IMG/VR virus record: IMGVR_UViG_3300001592_000008
From: an uncultured virus (IMG/VR IMGVR_UViG_3300001592_000008)
Lineage: Duplodnaviria > Heunggongvirae > Uroviricota > Caudoviricetes
Length of the DNA: 23,165 bases
Direction: 5' to 3' (one strand)
The notes below the pieces were generated by a model. That model was not told the DNA's origin, made no database searches, and worked only from the letters and a program-made list of their open reading frames with translations. Below, one piece after another: positions 17,497 to 23,165 of the stretch (position 1 is its first letter; every line of letters starts with the position of its first letter). A program made the position numbers and the translations under genes.

Positions 17497-17829
17497 TTAT
17501 CTATAACTGTCCATTCTGTTTTCTATCTTTTGAGTAAGCATAGAATCAAACAGAATTACTTTGTTACTAAGATTAGTATGTACGACAACAGCTTCATCTA
17601 AATATTCATACAATACAGTATTATCATTAAATGAAGTTATTTCAACGCCTTCGATATTTTCTATGTCATTTATCAAAGCATCAAATGCATCTGATGATAT
17701 AGCATCTTGCATCATATCTTTAGATAGATACTTCATATCTTTTATAGAAGTATCAAGCTCAGAAGCCATTAATTGATAATCTATATCTAATGGCTCACTG
17801 AGTTTGTTAAGTTTCTGAGAAATAGGCAT
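17497..17829 (-). CDS. Acidic hypothetical protein (110 aa)
   Basis: Co-oriented, 1 nt from the methyltransferase stop. Confidence 0.7.
   Translation of the reverse strand: MPISQKLNKLSEPLDIDYQLMASELDTSIKDMKYLSKDMMQDAISSDAFDALINDIENIEGVEITSFNDNTVLYEYLDEAVVVHTNLSNKVILFDSMLTQKIENRMDSYR
17501..17509 (-). promoter_or_regulatory. YAGTTATW motif upstream of the Ig-like gene
   Basis: Minus strand CAGTTATAG in the last codons of the 110 aa gene, about 36 nt before ATG 17465. Confidence 0.45.
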
Positions 17830-17830
17830 A

Positions 17831-18880
17831 TCATTTTTTGTTTACAAGAAATACCAAATTCCAATTTTGTTTCATATCTCTTTCCATCTCCTGAACGTCA
17901 AATCCGTGTTTCTTGAGATGTTTCCGAAGAGCTTTAAAACGTTTGAAGTCCTCTTTTAAGTCCATATTCATATCAAAGTTGTACTCAAATATTATCTGGT
18001 CAACATCTCCAAAGTCTGTACAATTGATAAGAACTTCCCATTCAGAGCCTTCAATATCAACCTTCATCTTAGTTGGCTTATACTTTTCCATAACCTCGTT
18101 GATATTTACACACTCAACAGGAACACGTTTGCGGTTATGTTTAACTAAGAATGAGTAATAATATGGAGCTTTACCCAGATAGAAGTCACGAACCTCATCA
18201 TCATTACCAACTACAGCTTTGTTATGGGCAATTACATTCTTTGCTCCGTTATCTTCTATATTAGTAGATAAGAATTCAAAGTTCACTGCTTCTGGTTCAA
18301 ATACAATGACCTTTTTAACTTTATCAAAAGCGTCACAAGTAAATGCTCCGATGTTACCACCCAAATCCAATACAATATCTTTCTTAGAAAGTTTTAAACC
18401 TCCCAATCCTACTGAACGGTGAGTGTATTCACTTCCCTTGAATACTGCATCGACAATATGTTTCTCCGTAGGAAGGTTTGAACGCCACTTCAAAGTTTTA
18501 CCGTCCTTTTCAGCCACTGCTAATGTGAAGTCACTTTGAACCTCTCGGAACTCTGAAAGACGTTTCACTTGAGCAATAATCTTTGTTTGTTTACAGAAGT
18601 CTTCAAATTGACTCACAGTTACATTATGAAGTATCGGAGTTTTTTCAAAATCAATATTCCAACCTTCATTCTCAGAAGAGCCTTCACGATTGATACGCTT
18701 TCTTAATTTTTCCTTTTCTTCATCTTCCTTTACTATGTTGATTGAAATATCAAACAACCCTCCTTTTTTCTCACGTACACTAAACGCAAGTAAGTTCTGA
18801 ATGAGTACTTGAGTTGTAGTTTTCTTTTCCACAACTTCAAAATCTTTATTCTCAAAAAATTCTACTAATTTCTTGTCCAT
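17831..18880 (-). CDS. FkbM-family SAM-dependent methyltransferase with an unrecognised N-terminal domain of about 130 aa
   Basis: VLDLGGNIGAF, VFEP...NF..L..N, NKAV, MKVDIEGSE and IIFE motifs. Confidence 0.9.
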   Translation of the reverse strand: MDKKLVEFFENKDFEVVEKKTTTQVLIQNLLAFSVREKKGGLFDISINIVKEDEEKEKLRKRINREGSSENEGWNIDFEKTPILHNVTVSQFEDFCKQTKIIAQVKRLSEFREVQSDFTLAVAEKDGKTLKWRSNLPTEKHIVDAVFKGSEYTHRSVGLGGLKLSKKDIVLDLGGNIGAFTCDAFDKVKKVIVFEPEAVNFEFLSTNIEDNGAKNVIAHNKAVVGNDDEVRDFYLGKAPYYYSFLVKHNRKRVPVECVNINEVMEKYKPTKMKVDIEGSEWEVLINCTDFGDVDQIIFEYNFDMNMDLKEDFKRFKALRKHLKKHGFDVQEMERDMKQNWNLVFLVNKK

Positions 18881-18885
18881 ATTTT

Positions 18886-19998
18886 TTATTTCTTGATAAT
18901 TGATTTACTTCTTGGTTGAAATTTACTTCGTTGTTTACCTTCTCCGATAATCATTTTCCAATACTTTTGGAACTCACATAGCCACATTTCAATTTGATGA
19001 AGAGTTATATTACATTCTTTTTGAATTTCATAACAACCCTTTTCCTTGTTCCAATTCAAATACGGCATCGGCTCTCCTTTTTCCTTCGCTATCTTAGTAA
19101 ACCATTTTTCAGCTTCATCTTTTAACCAGTAAATAGCAGGCTTCTGTTCTCTTATTGTCTTTAAATTTGGATAGATAAGACGTATGCCGATTGAAGCACC
19201 TGGCCCAACGTTTGTGAAGTCGTTTTGGTCAAACTTCATAAACTTTCGGTCAGTATATCTCGGAATGTAAGTGAAGTCCTGATAAAACTCATGAGCAATA
19301 AAGTCCGCAACAGCAGGAAAGGTTTTTAAATATTCAATAATATCTTCTGGCTTCTTAGCAGACATGACTGTAGCAATGAGCTTATTCATGTTTTTATGTA
19401 GAGTTGGCACAACTACTCTCGTATAACAATAATCTCTCGGCTGACCAGGCGTTGCTTGAGAATTAATAAGATAAGCAGTTGTGTATGGATTTTGTCCAGA
19501 ACTACGAACACCTGCTATAAAACGGCTGAACTCATCTTCATCGTATTCGTCATAATCAGGAATACCGTTGCGCCATTTTGTAGCTGAAATTAATTCTTCC
19601 TTAGATTGAGCTTGTTTAAGTCCTGACTTAATAGGTGCTCCAAATAAGCTCGGTTGTAAAACCTTTCCCTTAGGTTCAAAAGTAAAAGTTTCAGGATTGT
19701 TAAAGAAACGGAAAACCATTAATTTCCAAATCAAATTTTTCAAAGAAAGACTTTCATCAAGCAATATATTCTTGATTTGCCATTGACTGTTACGGTCAAG
19801 TTCCCGATAAATATTTGTGAACTTTGATTCTTGAAAAATCTTATTTTTTGTCCAAGGTCTTTCTTTCTTATCAATAAACCTTCTCTTCCAAATCATTTGT
19901 CTTTCATACATAGTCTCAAAGAATAATCTCAAATGAGGCTCGTAAACTTCCAAGTTTTCATTCGGTAACTTGTTAAACCACGCTGCTTGCTCAAACAT
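18886..19998 (-). CDS. aGPT-Pplase1 family protein (5-hydroxymethyluracil DNA kinase-like, thymidine hypermodification)
   Basis: ER..IW.RR......PWT...IFQ..KFTNIYRELDR, FRFFN, AY, F...E...D, GPGA..GI and IE.WLCEF.KY are the family signatures. Confidence 0.85.
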   Translation of the reverse strand: MFEQAAWFNKLPNENLEVYEPHLRLFFETMYERQMIWKRRFIDKKERPWTKNKIFQESKFTNIYRELDRNSQWQIKNILLDESLSLKNLIWKLMVFRFFNNPETFTFEPKGKVLQPSLFGAPIKSGLKQAQSKEELISATKWRNGIPDYDEYDEDEFSRFIAGVRSSGQNPYTTAYLINSQATPGQPRDYCYTRVVVPTLHKNMNKLIATVMSAKKPEDIIEYLKTFPAVADFIAHEFYQDFTYIPRYTDRKFMKFDQNDFTNVGPGASIGIRLIYPNLKTIREQKPAIYWLKDEAEKWFTKIAKEKGEPMPYLNWNKEKGCYEIQKECNITLHQIEMWLCEFQKYWKMIIGEGKQRSKFQPRSKSIIKK

Positions 19999-20000
19999 AT

Positions 20001-20342
20001 TTATAAAGTTTTTGAATTTACTCTCATTACAAATTCCCTCCTCGCTTCAACATTTCCTTTAGACATTAGTTTCAACAAAGGAACTTTTTTCATATTCCTG
20101 AAAGGTCTATGAGGTGTGTTTATTAACTTTGCTTCACGAACATCTAAATTACATTTTTGTTTATTTCCGCTTGGATAGAACTTATTACAAATATACGCAG
20201 ACAATAAAGGACAATACCAATTACCGTGAAATCCATAAATTTCAAATTTAGTTTTGCCCCAAACACTATCATCTCCATCTCTGACAATGTCTCCTACTTT
20301 GAAGTATTTCCAAACTTTTGGGTCAGTATTCTCAAATGGCAT
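20001..20342 (-). CDS. Hypothetical protein (113 aa), SH3/KOW-like start
   Basis: FKVGDIVR motif; first gene after a terminator and motif. Confidence 0.7.
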   Translation of the reverse strand: MPFENTDPKVWKYFKVGDIVRDGDDSVWGKTKFEIYGFHGNWYCPLLSAYICNKFYPSGNKQKCNLDVREAKLINTPHRPFRNMKKVPLLKLMSKGNVEARREFVMRVNSKTL

Positions 20343-20359
20343 AATATAACTTTTTTCTT

Positions 20360-20368
20360 ATATAACTA
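20360..20368 (-). promoter_or_regulatory. YAGTTATW motif upstream of the 113 aa / kinase-like / methyltransferase unit
   Basis: Minus strand TAGTTATAT at the centre of an imperfect palindrome TTTTCTTACATAGTTATATAAGAAAA. Confidence 0.45.
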
Positions 20369-20371
20369 TGT

Positions 20372-20414
20372 AAGAAAATGAAAGGGAACTAAGTTTTACA
20401 ACCTCGTTCCCTTT
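20372..20414 (-). terminator. Rho-independent terminator after the 220 aa gene
   Basis: Perfect 9 bp outer stem AAAGGGAAC...GTTCCCTTT followed by CATTTTCTT. Confidence 0.75.
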
Positions 20415-20435
20415 ATTTAAAGTCATTTATTCACA

Positions 20436-21098
20436 CTAAAATCTTAATGCTAAAACCTGACGTGGTGAAAGTTCAAATTGCTTTTCGTCTTTGAGAGTTT
20501 TCAAAATCTCGCAAGCCTTAATGTCAACTTTGATATTACAGATAGCTCTTACAATATCATTGTATTCTCTACGACAATTTGCTTGTTCTTGATTTTCAGG
20601 TACATTTCCCTTTTTGTCTTCCGCATCCTCAGCAGAAAGAGAACTCATCATTTTCCCGCCATCATTTGATGGAACATATGTTTCATCCCAATCATAGATT
20701 TTGTAACCGCAATCCATTTTGATACCGTCTGTCCACCATTTGTCTGGGTCTTTAGTAGGAGCTGTTCCACACTCCTTTAGTTTCTTATCAGCCTCAGCTT
20801 CCTTTACAGTCAATTCTGCCGTCATAGCAGGCATTAGAACGGTGTCCACTTGGTCTTTAATCTCCTTACCAGTCTTAGATACTTTGATGTCTCCCTGATA
20901 AGATAAAGCATCCATAACATCGGACTTTTCCACATCTGCTTCTTCGGCTGCTTTTTCAAATGGATTTTCATCCACTTCTTTACCTTTTCGGATTGAATCA
21001 TCATCCGAACTAACTTGTTGAGCGTTGGAGAAACTTCCATAAATACGTCCAACCTGAGCAGCTCTCGCTCCTTTAATTGCTTTGCTAATTTCGTCCAT
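20436..21098 (-). CDS. Acidic hypothetical protein, candidate protease-processed head protein
   Basis: N-terminal 58 aa contain ISKA, IRKG, FEKA and VEKS. Confidence 0.7.
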   Translation of the reverse strand: MDEISKAIKGARAAQVGRIYGSFSNAQQVSSDDDSIRKGKEVDENPFEKAAEEADVEKSDVMDALSYQGDIKVSKTGKEIKDQVDTVLMPAMTAELTVKEAEADKKLKECGTAPTKDPDKWWTDGIKMDCGYKIYDWDETYVPSNDGGKMMSSLSAEDAEDKKGNVPENQEQANCRREYNDIVRAICNIKVDIKACEILKTLKDEKQFELSPRQVLALRF

Positions 21099-21101
21099 GG
21101 C

Positions 21102-21287
21102 TTATTCCTTTACATATTTGTTATACAACACATGAGCAATCCAGCCTATGACGATGCCGACAGCTCCGAAAATTACGTTTGAGATAGATACCCAAACAGG
21201 AGTGTAGTGCATATACACCAGTACTCCGATAACTACGGCTAAAATAACCGCAATCCAAATAATAGTTTTCTTTTTCATATTTTTCAC
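21102..21287 (-). CDS. Small two-TM membrane protein (holin-like topology)
   Basis: KKKT + hydrophobic helix, second helix, basic tail; start may be the ATG of MKKKT. Confidence 0.65.
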   Translation of the reverse strand: MKNMKKKTIIWIAVILAVVIGVLVYMHYTPVWVSISNVIFGAVGIVIGWIAHVLYNKYVKE

Positions 21288-22262
21288 TTATTTAATTGTC
21301 ATTCCGTAAAATTCTTCCAAAGTGTACTTTTTATTATAACTGTAGCTGTTCTTTTGATTATTAACATCATCAAGCATATTTTCTAACAAACTCTTTCCGT
21401 TCTTAGTTTGATAATCTGTATTATTGTAAACAGATAAATTCAACCAAGTCATTTTAAGATTAAAAAGAATTTGACCCAATAAATCCTCTTCTTTCATCTT
21501 AACAAAATCTGCGAACCTTGATGATATCCATTGAGCCATAGGAACTAAATCAATATTTTTAGGCTCATCATAAGGTGTTATATGTTCTATGAATTTTTCA
21601 AAAGCCTTTGGACCAAATCCAGTTTTCAATTTAGGTATATTGTCTGAAGTATCTCCCATGATTACTTTATACAACAATACTTCAAACGGCTTCACTGCTA
21701 TTACTTGAACATCAGTTTCTAAATATTCATTCCAATATACTTCTTTTTCTGGAATACAATACATCTTCAAGTTTTTAGAGTTATTGTTGAAAAGAGAAAC
21801 ATTTTTATTCATAATCTGTCTGATATCTGAATCTCCAGTGATTATGACCAATTCTTCATCTAAACAATAACCGAAGTATAAAGCCCATACGTACAGAAGG
21901 TCATCACCCTCTGCTCCCATGACTCTACTAACAATCAAACCCTTCTTCCTAAGAATAGACTCAAACATATCTAAAACAGTCAGGAAATGCTTGTAAAATG
22001 GGTCTCTGACTTTAGTTAGAGCGTATTTATAATCATCGTATAAACTATAACGCCAAGAAGATGAATCAATGACAAACGCTACTCTCTTAATATCTTTGAA
22101 TTTACTAAGAGCATAACACATATCAATAACACACTTTCGTATCAATACTTGCTGTTTATCCTTATCTTGAAGGACTTCTCCCATATCTTGACCTTTGTAG
22201 TAGGTAGAAAATACAGAGAATGTTTTGTGGAATAAATAATTCCCGTCAAATAGTACATTCAT
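21288..22262 (-). CDS. Phage RNase H / FEN-family 5'-3' exonuclease
   Basis: VLFDGNYL, IDSSSWR...YK, EGDD, TGDSD..Q and the H3TH motif GDTSDNIP....GFGPK. Confidence 0.9.
   Translation of the reverse strand: MNVLFDGNYLFHKTFSVFSTYYKGQDMGEVLQDKDKQQVLIRKCVIDMCYALSKFKDIKRVAFVIDSSSWRYSLYDDYKYALTKVRDPFYKHFLTVLDMFESILRKKGLIVSRVMGAEGDDLLYVWALYFGYCLDEELVIITGDSDIRQIMNKNVSLFNNNSKNLKMYCIPEKEVYWNEYLETDVQVIAVKPFEVLLYKVIMGDTSDNIPKLKTGFGPKAFEKFIEHITPYDEPKNIDLVPMAQWISSRFADFVKMKEEDLLGQILFNLKMTWLNLSVYNNTDYQTKNGKSLLENMLDDVNNQKNSYSYNKKYTLEEFYGMTIK
21334..21342 (-). promoter_or_regulatory. YAGTTATW motif upstream of the 61 aa and 220 aa genes
   Basis: Minus strand CAGTTATAA in the 3' end of the RNase H gene, about 50 nt before the next start. 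Confidence 0.4.
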
Positions 22263-22280
22263 GATTTCAACATTTTATTA

Positions 22281-22289
22281 TAATAACTA
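22281..22289 (-). promoter_or_regulatory. YAGTTATW motif upstream of RNase H
   Basis: Minus strand TAGTTATTA, about 19 nt before ATG 22262, abutting a hairpin. Confidence 0.45.
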
Positions 22290-22319
22290 TGGGAGCTATT
22301 CCGAAGAACAACCCCCATA
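22288..22319 (-). terminator. C(UUCG)G tetraloop hairpin (terminator or RNA-stabilising)
   Basis: TATGGGGGTTGTTC-TTCG-GAATAGCTCCCATA: 14 bp with three G-U pairs that only form on the minus-strand RNA; the U tail is weak. Confidence 0.7.
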
Positions 22320-22340
22320 ATCTAATCAAAGTCATATGGT

Positions 22341-23100
22341 TTATTTAAGCAACTTAACTCCTTGTGCTTGACTCTTAGCTCCAGAACTTACTTGTTTGTG
22401 AAGTTCTGTATTTTTACCATCCCTAAATCCGAAGGCTCTGGCTGAATCAAAATTCTCTCTTCTTGCTTTACCCTTACCAACTTTATATTTGTTCTCAATG
22501 TACTCGGTAACGTCTGTATCATTACGAACTACTAAAGCGGTAACTTTTGCTCCAAACTCAGCATCTTTAGCCTTTTCACGGTCACTCTCTTCTTTCAACT
22601 TAGCGTCCAGCCCAGCTGCGCAGCCCATTAGATAACTTCTTTGATACTTATCCATGCTGATAGGCTTCATAGCATATTCAACCGTCTTTTGATATTCTTT
22701 GAAACGGTTTTTAGAGAATGATACGAAACGTTCAGCAAGCATAGAACGTAACCATTTAACGGTTTCAATGTTTTCCTTCTTACCGAAAATCATCAATCTC
22801 TTGTAAGTTCCTCCTACTTGAAAACATTTACAAAAATTCCATTTACAAAGAACATATAACAAGCGAAACTCCCATTCACCTCCGATACTCTTATAAGTGA
22901 ACCCATCCACTTTTTCTTCAAGAACGGTATCTTTGGTACTTTNNTTCATCAGTTCCGATTTCATCCATAGATAAGTTGTACTGAATCAGAAGTCTCTGAA
23001 TAGCAGCAGCCGCAGCATTTGCTTCTCCTTCAGAGTTGATTTTCTTTGCACCTTCATAAAGGTTTTGTAACTTTCTTAGCTTTTTTAATACTTTTTCCAT
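22341..23100 (-). CDS. DUF2786-type protein (single gene, apparent frameshift at the NN at 22943-22944)
   Basis: N-terminal KLRKL..L......EA.AA...IQRLL.QYNL motif in ORF 22918..23100 continues into ORF 22341..22964 (FG...N, SY..G...G, A...G..DG) if one ambiguous base is removed; 760 nt = 3n+1. Confidence 0.8.
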
Positions 23101-23165
23101 GACTTTAATATTTTGCTTTGTTATAAATAACTTTGTTTACCAATACGAAATTATAAACTATTTTC

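Larger units (their letters stand above)
1..23165 (-). other. Segment of a large tailed phage genome (head morphogenesis, lysis, modification and virion-cargo region)
   Basis: Portal, prohead protease, MuF, fibre, endolysin, homing endonuclease and RNase H are all co-oriented and tightly packed; no host housekeeping genes or integrase. Confidence 0.95.

Noticed and set aside
22..20669. All plus-strand ORFs in the track (e.g. 22..465, 197..475, 6902..7216, 11664..11993)
   Set aside because: Antisense shadows of long minus-strand genes; their Phe/Ser/Leu-rich composition is the reverse complement of Lys/Glu codons.
4696..21052. Short alternative-frame minus-strand ORFs (4696..4911, 4915..5127, 16076..16285, 16907..17113, 20834..21052)
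   Set aside because: Nested in well-supported genes, with no motifs or start context.
22918..22964. Programmed frameshift or pseudogene in the DUF2786-type gene
   Set aside because: The frame break coincides with the NN ambiguity; removing one base restores a single ORF, so it is most likely an assembly artefact.
1..23165. Stop-codon reassignment as in some gut phages
   Set aside because: Coding density is near complete in code 11, and both TAG (8307, 9637, 20436) and TGA (6853, 17831) end genes right before the next start or a terminator.
1..23165. CRISPR array, tRNA, long ncRNA, DGR or invertible repeats
   Set aside because: No intergenic gap exceeds about 120 nt, and I saw no spaced direct repeats, cloverleaf, reverse transcriptase or recombinase; a by-eye scan could miss degenerate repeats.

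Overview
A 23 kb AT-rich fragment of a large tailed dsDNA phage. Every credible gene is on the minus strand in standard genetic code. The host is probably Bacteroidota (inferred from AT-rich, Shine-Dalgarno-poor start regions, a lipoprotein and membrane proteins typical of Bacteroidota phages). In transcription order (right to left) the window holds: a DUF2786-type protein; an RNase H/5'-3' exonuclease; an acidic putative head protein; an aGPT-Pplase1/5hmdU-DNA-kinase-like gene; an FkbM methyltransferase; an Ig-like protein; an SPO1/Twort-like portal; a fibre and its chaperone; a degenerate amidase and membrane proteins; MuF; a GIY-YIG homing endonuclease; a PIG-L deacetylase; a GT-B glycosyltransferase; a phage AAA+ ATPase; a HipA/PI-kinase-like plus ADP-ribosyltransferase-like protein; a GH108 endolysin; a lipoprotein; and a prohead protease-scaffold fusion that the ORF track missed because it runs off the left edge. 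Three signals stand out. (1) A candidate system of capsid-packaged, protease-matured effectors: the ATPase and the kinase/ART protein share an N-terminal 'KAV...K(Y/F)DWR' module right after a predicted hydrophobic-x-K|[A/S/G] cleavage site. (2) A candidate hypermodification pathway (5hmdU kinase-like, FkbM methylase, glycosyltransferase, de-N-acetylase) embedded in the head module. (3) A YAGTTATW motif in every long intergenic gap. All family calls come from motif recognition by eye; no database searches were run.
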